Shown here: positions 28,001-41,400 of the stretch, piece after piece | Layout of the letters: each line of letters opens with the position of its first letter | Position numbering within the stretch: the stretch's first letter is position 1 | NCBI RefSeq assembly: GCF_006345805.1 | Contig: NC_043012.1 | Coordinates: forward strand, 31,682,001-31,746,000 | Direction: 5' to 3' | Length of the DNA stretch: 64,000 nt | From: Octopus sinensis | Lineage: Eukaryota | The notes under the pieces: generated by a model | Told to the model about the DNA's origin: nothing | Seen by the model: the letters and a program-made list of their open reading frames with translations, nothing else | Databases searched by the model: none | Position numbers and translations under genes: made by a program

Positions 28001-29575
28001 ACTAAAGTATAACGGGCGAACGAACAAGCAGATTATTTTATGGATCTTTAACATAAGCCGTATTGGTGTGCAAGTAGCGCTATTCAGAAACTTGTTCACA
28101 TTTCTCAACATTTGACTCACGCTACATATTTTCGACATCTTTGAAGCAGAATCTAATAATCACAGATGAGTTTTAATTAAGACAAACGTAATCGAGTCAA
28201 CTCTGATTCGAAAATATGGGACGTATTATGTTTTAACCACAGTGTCTACCTTCATATGTGGATAAGGTAAATGCTTATTAATCATAAAGACATGATTCCT
28301 CATGCATATTTATTCACAACCTATGCTTTGTGGATACCATAATTTTTACTGCCATTACTTTAGAAATAATGCCTCCTTTTCGAATCTACTCTTGTACAAG
28401 AATAAGTTCCCTGCTAATGATCGGAAACCGTGTAGGTATAAGTATCTAAAAGAAATTATCGAAAAAAGTGAAGGTTAATAGCTCGGAATCTATGCGTATT
28501 AACTTATAGGATACGGGAAAGGATTTTCGCTTCATTGTTTATCGTTAGGCAGCACTTATCCTGCAGAGCTGATAAAGTTTATCTCCAGTAAAATATCATA
28601 TTCTTATTGGTTTAGCAAATGTTTTAAGTACCATAGAATACAGTGCATTAGATTTCTGTAGAGGTAGCCAATCTGACAAATAGAATAAACCTATCCAGAG
28701 GATAATACAGAACCGAAGTAAATGGATATTACTACATTTTCAGATAAAGATCCATCCCAGGTGGTTTTTCACGTTTATTAGACTATTAACGCTGTCAGGT
28801 TATCACAAACTGTTGAATTCCAAATGAAATACTAAACAAATATAAAGCAAGCGACGAAATGCGTTAAAGCATAACAAAATAGATCGTTCTATTGTAGATC
28901 TGCATTCATCTGCGCAATAGTATCGATGCTATTACATGAATATCTCCTTAAAAAATGAAGGTTGAGACATCACGGGGACCGTAAACCAAATCAAGTATTG
29001 CATTATTACCCTAGAGTAAGAATTTCGTCTATTAACTATGGATGAAAAATAAATAATATGTTATTATGTCCTTATAAACTCTATGACTGCGGAGTGTCTT
29101 TTCCTGAAAGAAGTATGGGAAAGTTTAGTCCATGCGCGTAATGTTACACAAATTTACAGGAAAATACCCCTATGAGGAACTATACTATCGAGTAAAACGT
29201 GAACCTGCGTAGGAGATTATTGCAAAATAGACAAATCTCTTTTTACACACGTTTTATGGAAGCTGTTTCATGAGAGTATCGGGAAAAAGTTTTAAGACAT
29301 AAATGTCAGGAAATAGATATATGACATAAATGACAGTTTTACAATCAGTGTAGTTTATAAATATTATGAAGTTTCATGAGTAATATGATATTAGTCGTCA
29401 AAGATATCCATTTTACTTTGATATTTACAGTATGTTACATGTGAATACACACACCCGCATATACATATGTAATCATGTTTTACATGTATGTCATATATGC
29501 TTGTTATGCGTGCATGTAAATATATATATATATATATATATATATAATGGATGTTTTGCGTTCTTGTCTCATTTT

Positions 29576-29614
<39 letters not shown>

Positions 29615-29682
29615 GCCCGCGTGTGTACCGTTAGCGATTTATTTCCTCCGTCTTCCCTTCTTTGGATCTTTCCTTTTCCTAT

Positions 29683-29717
29683 GTTTCTGACGAAGAGCTC
29701 CGCTCGAAACGTTAAAT
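29683..29717 (+). ncRNA. Minimal type I hammerhead ribozyme motif in a Penelope-like terminal fragment
   Basis: GTTT-CTGACGA-A-GAGC tcc GCTC-GAAAC-GTT^AAAT; stem I GTTT/AAAT; stem III is the palindrome AACGTT. Confidence 0.65.
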
Positions 29718-29818
29718 CCTCCTTCTTTCCTGAGCGTCCAATAATACTATACTTGTTCCACATCCTCGCGTTGTTATGTTTTCTCTTTGTGTTTTCATGT
29801 TTGGATTAACCATATATA

Positions 29819-29910
<92 letters not shown>

Positions 29911-29928
29911 ATATATAATATATATATA

Positions 29929-29984
<56 letters not shown>

Positions 29985-30241
29985 GGACTCTCCCGTCAAG
30001 AACGACTTTCGAACGTTCAGCTCCTGCCGAACGACCAACACAATGTTCGTAGCGCATATTAGCTTAGTCTCTCCATCAAATCGACGTTTTCTAAAAAGAT
30101 GCACGGTGTATCGCTCGTCAGATGTCGAAGTGATCGTAGAGCAACGTGAGACGAAGTAATTTTGGGAAGAAAACAATACCCCAACCGGTCTATGAATTGA
30201 AATCACGATCGAGTGAACATACTAAGGCCATGCACACCTCA

Positions 30242-30341
<100 letters not shown>

Positions 30342-30367
30342 CATCCATACATCCATCCATCCATCCA

Positions 30368-30398
<31 letters not shown>

Positions 30399-30518
30399 AT
30401 ATATATATATATGTGTGTGTACAAAGCTATATGCATATATTAAACTTAGCTGCATATATGGATATGAACATACATACGTATCTACATATATAGACACTCA
30501 TACTTAGTCACGTATACT

Positions 30519-30738
30519 TGTTTCTTCATTGCCCACAGGTGGCTAAACACAGATGAGACAAACAAGGACAGACAATGAAATTAAGTCGACCTGAATGCGT
30601 AACTAGTACTTATTTAATCGACCCCGGAGTGATGAAAGGCAAAATTGACCTCGATCAAATTTGAACTCAGAACGTAACGGCAGACGAAATACCACTAAGC
30701 ATTTCGCCCGGCGTGCTAACGATGTTACCAGTTCGCCG
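30519..30738 (-). mobile_element. SINE (family C), diverged
   Basis: Shared core and head with 13514-13747. Confidence 0.82.
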
Positions 30739-31039
30739 TCAGATATGTTGTTGGGTCAATAGAGTGATGCACGACCACTCAAATATAAGTGCATTGTAGC
30801 AGAAACAGCTGCAAGCTAATGAAGGTCTCGATATAATATCTTCTTGCCTTGTCATTTTAATTCCCCGTCTTTGTGTGTGTGTGTGTGCGTGTGTGTGTGT
30901 GTGTGTGTGTGCATGTGTACTTCAGCCCATGGTGGTGCCACAGCATGACCGCAGCCACATGGTTGAAACAAGTAAAAGAGTAATACATCTATCTATCTAT
31001 CTCTTTTCATTTTTTATTTTATTTATTTATTTATTTTTT

Positions 31040-31182
31040 TGTTCTTCTCTTCCCTTTTACGATCCCTCTTGATCGAAAACCTACGCCACCCCCTTTTTTT
31101 TTGTTTTCTTCACCCCCAAAAGAAAAGCTCTACCTTGTAACTTGTCCCATCTGTGTGCAGCCCTGTGTGGCCAATAAAGAAA
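31040..31182 (+). mobile_element. Short 3' end of a LINE (Tx1/L1-like) next to (TATC)n
   Basis: Ends GCCCTGTGTGGCCAATAAAGAAA with a poly(A) signal; similar to the terminus near 10505-10530. Confidence 0.5.
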
Positions 31183-31183
31183 C

Positions 31184-31271
<88 letters not shown>

Positions 31272-33117
31272 TTTAACTATCTATCCATCCATCTATAATG
31301 TCACTATATTTAAGAATAGATAGATATATTAATTATATGTTATCCGAATTTTCGACCGTGTTTCTATCATTCAACATACTGTAATAACTGTAGTCATACA
31401 ACTTAATGAAGCGTTAAAACTTCACCGGAAACGAACTGCAAAACCTGGAATACAGAGAGTTCTGCTACGATCTCTGTCCTTGTAATCAAACTTTACAGAG
31501 TTCTAAAAACGGAAGTTATAATTAAGAAACATAACTTACTAATATGAAATAAATTGATGTTATGAGCAAAACACTATATTAGTTATATGGAATAATATAA
31601 TTCCTGCTGCTGTGAATTCACTCAATGATTAAAAAGCTGCTTATGACAATGCATTATATGAAACATGTTATTACGTTATATTTCAGAGAAATTTCTTTTT
31701 CATTATAATGCTTATCTATTTCAGTTTATTTCTTATTTTCTTACATAAATTTTGTTTATTAGATTTGTTTTTGTACAGATATTTTACGTGGTAAAAAATC
31801 ACGAGTTTTCACCATTTCCGGTTTCTTCCATTATTTTCAAATGTTGATTTCTAAACCTCCTTATCCAAGCAGTAGTTTTCAGCTAAGGCTTCTTCTTTGC
31901 TATTTGCTGACAGCTCCATCACGTAGTTATTTTTCTGCCTCGAGTGTTACAAACACTTTGTTCAGAAAATAGAGATTATACATATTGGAAGAAGAATTAA
32001 AATTATCAGAGGCATTCATATCGAGATTAACTTGAATAAAATAACTCTAAGAAACAATGTTAAGAAAAGGAAATATTAACATCTTCAAAGAAGTGCAGTA
32101 TGTGCCACTTTTCTCATATAGCTGAATACTTCTGCGATAATGGCTGCAAATCCTATTTTGGTGCCACTATGTCTATGCTTTTAGGAATGAAGCAAAGCAT
32201 AAATCTCTTAATACAAATTCTAGAATTTCAATGTATCAATAACTAATGAGACTAGTGGACTTCAACAGATGGTAACATAGTAATTTGTAAGGAGAAGATA
32301 CACAATAGAAAAACACAACTGTACACATACACACAAGCATATCCAAATACACGCACAGAGATAAACATACGCGTATACATAATCATACGTGTACGTATAT
32401 ATAATGATAAACACACACAAAAACTTATCCATGTACACACATGTTTACGAGTATAATTCCGCGCAGTTATGTTACTCTACATGTACGCATGTGTATGTTT
32501 GTACGCTTCTGTACGTTTGTGGTGTTTGATTATGCACAAAGGATTCATATATAGATCTTTATAGTTCAGCTCATGTCGGGTATCACGTGGATCTTCCTTA
32601 ACGTTCATAACAAGAAAATGGAGGCATATGGTGGTCAATTGCTCTCTATTCAGTTTATCTTCGTTTAGAAATACAGTTTAGTGACAAGTAGTGGATCACG
32701 TTATCCTTTATTCATTAGTAGAAGTACATTTGGTCAAACATGTACAGTTGGTCAAACATGCATAGAAAAATTTGATTGACAGCATGTAGTAATCACAGCA
32801 TACCCATACATTTGATACTAAAGAATAATAATAATAACAATAATAAACTAGTCAATTAAATAGCTTTAGGTTTTTGGATGTTTGAATTACAAAATCGACA
32901 CGATTCATGTGTGAGTTTGTGCGTGTACGTGTGCGTTTGTTGTGGGAGGTGTGCGCATGTCTACATCTACACACGGTGGCACATACAAACACATTCGCGT
33001 GTGCATATATATATACACTTGCCTGCCTCTCTCTCTCTATATATATATATACACACAAACACACACACACACACACATATATATATATGTACATTTAACG
33101 AGATAATTCTTCTTACA

Positions 33118-33192
33118 TCGCGCCTGACGATGTAACTATTGTGCATCGGTGCTGAAGCGATGGATGCAGGTGTGGTGAAACGATCGTTGTGA
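33118..33192 (+). ncRNA. Type I hammerhead-like motif (partly decayed)
   Basis: CGC-CTGACGA-(46 nt with TGCATC/GATGCA and ACTA/TGGT pairing)-GAAAC GATC GTT^GTG; followed by AATAAA; lies between TA/CA tracts. Confidence 0.5.
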
Positions 33193-33286
33193 GCAATAAA
33201 TTTTCCCGCGTATTGCTTTTCTTATCCTTATCGTTTTATATATATATATACATATGTTTGTTTTTCTTATATGGATATATATATAT

Positions 33287-33357
<71 letters not shown>

Positions 33358-34961
33358 TACAATGCAACACGTCATACTGGCGGCTCAGTTATTTGACGCG
33401 TTATGAGAATAAAACTGCGGAAACTGACTTTTATTTTAATGATTCTCCTTGAGTTCACTTTTCTACTTTTGAATTCATTTTTCTTAGTTTGCGTCGCCTC
33501 TGATGCCCTCTTCCGCAAATTCTCCTCCTTGCTATTCTTTCAACTTCTCTTTCTCATCACTAGTCGATTGGTTTGCACTGCAGGAAGGGAGAGTGTCTAT
33601 GTTTGCTCCTAGGAAGATGCAGAGTCGTTATGCCATCAAAAGCTAGAGCCGAAATTGATGGTACGACTGGTGGTCGCCGTCGTCTCTTTCTCGCTTCTGC
33701 AGCTCTTCAAGGGTTAAGCACATACAGAACTCTTTTGCTACCACTATATTATCTGAGTTTTTGTCCTGTGCCATTAGTCTGATCGTATTTGTCTGAGAGC
33801 CCACTGTGTGGTACACTATCGCAATGGACGTTAGATACTGAGGAGTGATAAGTATTTGTTACATATACAAGCAATGTCCGACGCCATGTTGTTCTACGTT
33901 ACATGTACTGAACTATCACACATAATGTATTGCAAAGGTGATAACGAACTAGGGTCTTGCTCACTTGCAATGCCTCTGTCTGCCACCCTTTTGTTATTGC
34001 TCTCACATAAACTGGTATGTGAACACCACTGCCATGTACTGTGTCTTGCATTCGGTATTAACGGTCAGTCAGGTTTTGACATAAACTTGAAATTTTTAAC
34101 TTCTCTATGAACAAGACGTTAGTCCAGAGATCTGTTAGAGATTCCCATATATTGTTCTTTGAAAATATAGAGAAATTTTCATTCCTTTATAAGTAGAATG
34201 TTGATAAATACTTTTGTTATCCATTTCTGAATCTCCTTTAATAAATTTTGTCACAGTCATGTTGCAGAATGTGATCTGTGCGTATCTAATTTCAATCTGA
34301 TTTGTTAATGTTTCCCCTTGGCAAAAGGTTGTGTGTCTGTTTAATTTTATTGTTTTGTTGTCAATAAACTTGCTAAAACTGTTTCCGAGAAGTACGCCGT
34401 GCTTTACAATATCTTCATGTTACCAGATACCCTTGTTCTCTGGGTGATGCAGAAGGCTTCATTTTTTTTTCTTTCGCAGGGCGTAGTTATTATAATTTGA
34501 AGCCATTTTGCTAATGTGTGCAGTCAAATAACGAAAGATATCTTGTATAAGATCAAACATCATTCGTTCGTCTAAACGTTGTTAGGGTGTATTTGCCAAA
34601 TTCCAAAGTTTCTAAGTAATTAAAAATAATATATTTCCTGAATTTTGCATTTTGAAGACTGATGTGAAATACACACTGACTTCGTCCACAGCGAAGAATA
34701 GTAATAATTATTGTTATTAAGGCAAATACATGCCGGAAATTGGGGGGGGGGAAGGGATGCGTTGATTAGATAGACGTCAGTGCTTGACTGATATTTTATT
34801 TTGTTGATCTAGAAAGGACAAAAAGCAAAACTGAGAGCGTAAAGAGTCGGAACAAGGAACGCAACACATTCTATTCTTCTAATGATTCTTCTAATCCACC
34901 ACCACCACCACCACCACCACCACCACCACTAATAATAGTAATGATAATAATAATAATAATA

Positions 34962-35001
<40 letters not shown>

Positions 35002-35003
<2 letters not shown>

Positions 35004-35340
35004 GTGGGGGAGCATCATAGCCATGTGTTGAGAGGGATTCTTTGGGGTTTGAATAATTCACCTCTGGAAACATGGGTGGTTCTTTCAACATCCTTAAACA
35101 ATCCTTATTCAGGGACCTTTTGAGCGGGATGGGCTACTCAACCTGAAGAAAATTCTTACAGGGCCCCACCTGCAAGGTCATGTGCTGTTTATCTTGATAT
35201 GGGATCACCATGTCGCGCACATATGGTTGTGATGCATGTGCCTGGTGTACCCTTATCAGACGGGTAGTCATGATGGGTATATTGGGCTTCGTATATTTTA
35301 CCCCTGTGTCACTTTGATGGCATGAACTGCTCTCTCACTC
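35002..35340 (+). mobile_element. 3' end of an R4/Dong-like retrotransposon inside (TAA)n
   Basis: Flanked by (TAA)n on both sides; start reads SHVLRGILWG, similar to the AHILRRTL ORF end near 62465. Confidence 0.55.
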
Positions 35341-36018
35341 AATAATAATAATAATAATAGATAATAGATGGATTCGTTCTACATCAACAGTATGTGATCA
35401 ATATAACTTCACATGTCAACGATGGTTGGGTACTGACGAGTCTGTACAGAACTGTTTCACTATCATTCCGTGTCTGGTCAATCGCGACCAACGTCACTTC
35501 CCTCCTTGTAAAATTTGTCCCAAGGCATAGTTTTGGCGTTAGCCTTTTAAATCTGACAACGAGGCTTTCCTATTTTGCTTTGAAGAAAATATCGCTGCTA
35601 GCACGTCGTTTCTAATGTTTTTACTAATTGCCTCTTCGATCTTGTTTAACTAGGCCTTTTCAGTCCTATTCTTCTGTATCAATAGCTTTATACGAAGTAC
35701 TGTACGCTCACATCTAATCGACCCCTTCAGATTGTCCCATTCCCTGTCGTTGATAACTGAGCACGTCAAACGCTGCTTGACTAGCTCGCTAATACTGTCT
35801 TCACGTACTGAGAAAGACATGTTTAACTTCCGGCAACTAGTTCCGGCTTGTCATTTCTATTTCAGTCACCCATGCCGATCACAAATTTGTGGTCTGTGTA
35901 ACCGACAAGCTCAAATTGTGGACATTCTGCGCAATCTCTCTAGATATCACTATATCTAGGTGAGGTCAGGGCGGTATACTGTGGTTGCTCCCTACACATT
36001 CTATCACATCCAGGAAAA

Positions 36019-36071
<53 letters not shown>

Positions 36072-36514
36072 TCTCAATCTCTCTACGTTCACACTTTTAA
36101 TCATATCACTGATTTTGACTTTATCTGCAATTTATCACAACTTGCATTTTACCACCCATGAATTTTCACTACTAAATGGCTGTTGGCAGATCAAATTCAA
36201 TCGTAACAAAGCTAATACTAACAGTATTTCTAAAACATGGTCATAAGTTAAACGTACGTTTCATTACCTTAAATCTAAAACCACGTTGTTTGTTAATTAA
36301 AAATCCATCCCTGCATACATGTATCAATGTATATTCTCTATATTAACTGTTTGCAATCTTCATGTAGGGCGGGGAGCTGCTCTCTAATGTAGATATAAAG
36401 CGTCTTCATTTGAATATAGATAACAAAAACAAACTCACATTTTGAACTTGAGAAAGTCTTGAATATTTTAACTCTTCCGTTTGCAGATTATATTTGTCTT
36501 GTGTGAGTCGGATG

Positions 36515-36750
36515 ATATCTATGTATGTGGAAGAGAGTGTAATTCCGCAGGAGGACTTAAACGACATGCAAAGGTACATGAAGCCCAGTTACAACTACAG
36601 CCGGCTATTACCGGTAAAGGTTTTAGTTGCCAATTCTGTACAAGACATTGTAGATCTTTAGCTGGGCTAAAAAGTCACATTCGATCACAGCACCAGTAAC
36701 AGTTAAGCTTCGTGCAATGGCCATACTCGATAACGAGGGGGCAGCCATAA
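36515..36750 (+). mobile_element. RTE-type LINE 3' end with C-terminal C2H2-like zinc fingers
   Basis: VCGRECNSAGGLKRHAKVH...CQFCTRHCRSLAGLKSHIRSQH* (C-x2-C-x12-H-x4-H), a ~50-nt 3'UTR, then a (TATG)n tail. Confidence 0.65.
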
Positions 36751-37797
36751 TGTATGTATGTATGTATGTATGTATGTATGTATGTATGTATGTATGTATG
36801 TATGTATGTATGTATGTATGTGTGTATGTATGTATGTATGCATGCATGTATGTATTTATGTATTTATGTATGTATGTATGTATGTATGTATGTATGTATG
36901 TATGTATGTATGTATGTGTGTGTGTATGTATGTATGTATGTATGTATGTATTTATCTATGTAGCTACTTCTCTCTTTCTATCCGTTCTTCCTTCTATATA
37001 TCCATGTTTAAATATTTCTATGCGTATTAATTATACGTACATGAAAATGACTATAAACGATAAACTGCTATCTTTTCATAGTATGTTTGGAAATGAGTAT
37101 AATTGGTCTGGTTTCAGATTATCGTGATTGATTAGTAAGTGGATCAACTAAATATAGATTAATTGATTATCGATTGTTCGCTTTTACAATAAGCGGAGAG
37201 AATAATTTGCAAATCATGATGAATTGTATAATGTCTTGTTTGTAATCCGTAATACAGATGCAGTTCACAAATTTATTTATGGCATAAAGCTGTATAGAAT
37301 CTTGTGTATCATAACGATAATATTCAAATGACATGATGACTAACCAGGTTAATCATCTTGTCATCTGCTTATTATCGTTTTGATAAATGAATCCTCAGGG
37401 AATGTGAATATTTTGTTTTATATTTCCACATCTGGCATATAAGTCTACTGTTAGGATATCACTTCTTATTTCTGATATTATATTCTATATAATTGATCTG
37501 GAGTAAATTTTGCGTGACGCATGATCATTATAATAGTATCGGACTTGTCATTATAGGTTTGATATTTGTAATGCAAAGGAAAACAAGATAACATTAGAAC
37601 ATTTGACGCTTTGTTCTCTCGTGTTGCTCCAACATGCGAAATATCATCTATTTTCTTCCGATGCTCACTTCAAGGTACCTATGTAACAGTAGTTATGTAT
37701 CTGATAAATTCCTGCTGTTGGCTTCCATTTTTTTTAGTTACAATCTATATATTGTATTTTATGGACAGATACTAATATCAATATAAGTGTTTTCATT

Positions 37798-38011
37798 AAG
37801 GCGGCGAGATGGCAGAATCGTTAGTACGTCGGGGGAAATCCTAAACAGTATTTCGTCTCTCTTTCCGTTCTGAGTTCAAATTACGCCGAGGTTGACTTTG
37901 CCTTTCATCCTTTCGGGGTCGATAAATTAAGTAACAGTTGCGTACTGGCGTTGATCTAATCGACTGGCCCCCTCACCCAAAATTTCGGGCCTTGTGCTTG
38001 GAGTAGAAAAG
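37798..38011 (+). mobile_element. SINE (family C) with 18-bp TSD
   Basis: AATATAAGTGTTTTCATT at 37780-37797 and 38012-38029. Confidence 0.9.
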
Positions 38012-38029
38012 AATATAAGTGTTTTCATT

Positions 38030-38245
38030 AAGGCGGCTGGCACGTAGAATCGCTAACACGCCTGGCAAAATGCTTAACAACCTTTCGTCCGTCCTTACGT
38101 TCTAAGTTCAAATTCTACCGTGTTTGACTTTGCATTTCATCCCTTCGTGGTCAATAAAATAATTACTAGTAGAGCACAGGGGTCGATGAAATCGACTTAC
38201 CCGCTACCCCGAAACTGCTGGCCGTGTGCCAAAATACGAAACCAG
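38030..38245 (+). mobile_element. Older SINE (family C)
   Basis: Diverged head and core directly behind the previous copy. Confidence 0.8.
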
Positions 38246-38966
38246 CGTTAGTATTTTCGTTATTCTTTATCAGATTATTTTGTTTTCCTAATGGGGGACA
38301 ATGTATAATGACTTCCTAGTTGCATAAAATCATTTTACATTATCGATAAAAATGATCATTGTACAGGAAGTTGTGGGCGGTGTGTTCTAAATGTAGTCAT
38401 TTTTTTGTTTTCCTGTCTAGTCTTGTTTGTTTATTTGGCATTCAATTGAGGATATTATAATTATAATTTATTTCAAGAACAGATACATTATCGATTGATG
38501 CCGATTTACTTTATACTTTGCGTTTATCTGTGTTTTAAGAACTACACTAATACTTTTATAATAATGTTTCCTGATGATTTTTCTTCATTTCGTGTTTGTC
38601 GTGGTCTGTCTATTTCTTTAATTCTAAATATTTCTCATCTCAGTTTTTTTCTACTTCTATATCTAGCCTCATAATTACTGTATTTATTTTTGCACTCTTT
38701 ATTTTTGCTTTTCTTAACATAGAGCATTTTTTTCTTATTTGAGTCCCATAACAATTTCTCTGTCGAATCCTCGAACATGTGCAGGAATATTTCTTGCCCT
38801 TTATCCTAAGCTGCAAATAACTCATTATGTATATACAGATACTCAATTATCCAGTCATAGTATTTGTATCCGTGTTCAGTTCCAGCTTAACATGTCAATT
38901 AAAGGTATTAACACGAGGCGGAGACGTCGTAGATGAATAAAGACTCCATTGTACTTCAATTTCGAG

Positions 38967-39262
38967 AAGGCGCGCGGCTTAGTGCCTTGGGTATTCGGCT
39001 CATAATCGTAAGGACGTGAGTTCGATTACCGGCGGCACGTTGCGTCTTTGAGAAAGACACTTTATTTCACGTTGTTCCAGTCCTCTCAGCTGGCAAACAT
39101 GAAGTGTACCTGTATTTCAAAGAACCATCCTCGTCACATTCTGTGTCACGCTGAATCTCCCTGAGAAATACATTGAAGGTACACGTGTCTGTGGAGTGCT
39201 CAACCACTTGCACTTCAATTTCATGATTAGGCTGGTCTGTCGATCGGAGTGCAAGTAGCAGT
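38967..39262 (+). mobile_element. tRNA-derived SINE, diverged
   Basis: AAGGCGCGCGGCTTAGTG..GAGTTCGATT head and the shared CACTTTATTTCACGTTG core. Confidence 0.8.
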
Positions 39263-39299
39263 AGACTTCATATCTTATAAAAATGGCTTTTATTTTTAT

Positions 39300-40130
39300 A
39301 GTTTCTACTTCTTTCTGTATCTACCAAATTGTTTGCCATTTACTAATGTGTTGCTCACACCTATAATCCATATAAGCTTCTGAAGCTTTTCATTTTCTTT
39401 TCTGGAAATTGTATTTTTTTCTGTAGCTTGGTATATATTATTGGTGCTAAGGCTTTGTAGATTGTAGGAAACAGGTTATGTTTCCATAGGACTTATGGTT
39501 CCTTGCTGTTTTTCTCTTGTGGATTAAAAAGATTTTTCCCTGGGTAAGCGAGTCAAGTGTTTTCCTCGACTCCGTCAGTACCTGAAAAAACATTTCTTCT
39601 GACATCAGTTTGCCCATTTTTCGCGGGCTTTGATTGTTGCAATCCCTGAGATACTTTCTTATATCTCTTGCTATGTCCTGCCACAATTGTTCAGATTTAG
39701 TATTTGTTCTTTCGAGCAATCCCGCAGTGATGTTTTTATTGTCTCTATTTCTGCCTCATATTCTACTTCTCTTGCTTATAATACTTTACTAGGTTTCTAT
39801 TTTATTTTTACCAAATATTTTATGAAATTATTTTGCGTTGGTAAGAAATCGTTTTGTTTTGTGAGAAAAAAAACACATCGTTGTCATTTTCGTACCGATT
39901 GATTCTTTGAGATTTAGCGAGGATCTCATGTTTCAGGCAATCTTTGATTTCCGATGGCACTTTCGCTGATGTGATGTTTTTGTAGCATTCGTCTCACTTC
40001 CCTTCTCAGTTGTGCCCAATTCTTATCGATTTCATGTACGTTAGCGAGATCTGTTCTCTTTTTTTCTCATATTTTGTATATTTTTTAATATATTATCTGA
40101 CTTGATTTTGATATTATTTTATGAGTACAA
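39300..40130 (-). mobile_element. Degenerate non-LTR retrotransposon (pre-RT/RT start, R4/Dong-like)
   Basis: ORF 39447-39719 ends TQGKIFLIHK..HKSYGNITCF, matching the GxT.LIPK..NYRPITCL RT N-terminal motif; many stops and frameshifts. Confidence 0.55.
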
Positions 40131-41400
40131 CTGAAGAAGTCTTCAGTTTCCCTTGTAATTACAGTAACTGCTGCAAATACAGTACTATTCCATTTATGCT
40201 GATGATACTGATGTTTGTGTCTGTTATCATCATGCCCGTGATGACTAGCTTTGCGTTATTTATATTCTTGCTGCTATATTTATTGGTGAGTTTAATACTG
40301 AGTAGTACCTCTTGGGTCCACAGGATGATCTATCTTTTGTAATTAGATCTATCTTTTCTAACCACGCTTTCCAACTTTAGAATTTCCTATAATTATTTTT
40401 TTTGTATTCCCTTTTATTAATATTTTTGTTTGTTCTAAATCTGTTGCGGTTTGGTTCAGCCATGGCAATGCTGATGATAATGCCTAAGTAAAGTTGTCAA
40501 TATACAGATGGGATATTTTTCTCAATTTATCTTTTTATCTGGGGTTCATATATATTTCAAGATGCAAAAGCAGTTAACATTCAAATGTTATTCAAAGTTG
40601 CATTCTCATATTCAACCATTAGTCTACACATCCTTACGTTCTAAGTTCAAATTCTGCCGTGTTCGACTTTGCATTTCATCCTTTCGTGGTCAATAAAATA
40701 ATTACTAATAGAGCACAGGGGTCGATGTAATCGACTTACTCGCTACCCTGAGATTGCTGGCCGTGTACCAAAATACGAAACCAACATCTCCTATATAAAC
40801 TAGAACCAAACAGTTAACGTTTCACATTATCATGACCCAAATTATATCAACCACTTGTCATCCAGCATTGAATCTTCTTCCTTGTTCATGTCTAAATGTG
40901 TAGGTATACAAATTACTACACATCTCCACACCTATGAATCTCGAACCCCACTGCCACAGATCCACATTACAAGGTTTAATCAAACAAAGCATCTGACACA
41001 TACTATTTCTACTTTATAAACAACTCCTCACTCTGCAATTCTTGCAATGTTTCAACTCTAGTCAAACGGTGAGCTAGCAGAATCGTTACCTCGCCGGAAA
41101 AATGCTTAGTTGCATTTCTTCTGATTTCACGTTCAAATGCCACCGCTGTCGGATTGCCTTTCATCATTTCAGGGTCAATAAAAAAAGTACTTGTTGAACA
41201 CTAGAATCGGTGTAATCGATTTTCTCCTTCCGTGTGTATCACGTCAGGCTGGATATGGGAACGAGAACTTCTCTTTGCAAATTCTGATAGGGCACAGAAA
41301 GTGTGTCAATAGCCAGCTGGAGGAGATGCCTTCCTCGGGCTACAGGCTACAGTAGCATCAACCCTTACGGGTTAGCCACATTTAGGTGGCAAATATATTT

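Noticed and set aside
30075-30127. CTGACGA...GAAAACGTC on the minus strand
   Set aside because: Neither stem I nor stem II pairs; lies next to a decayed SINE.
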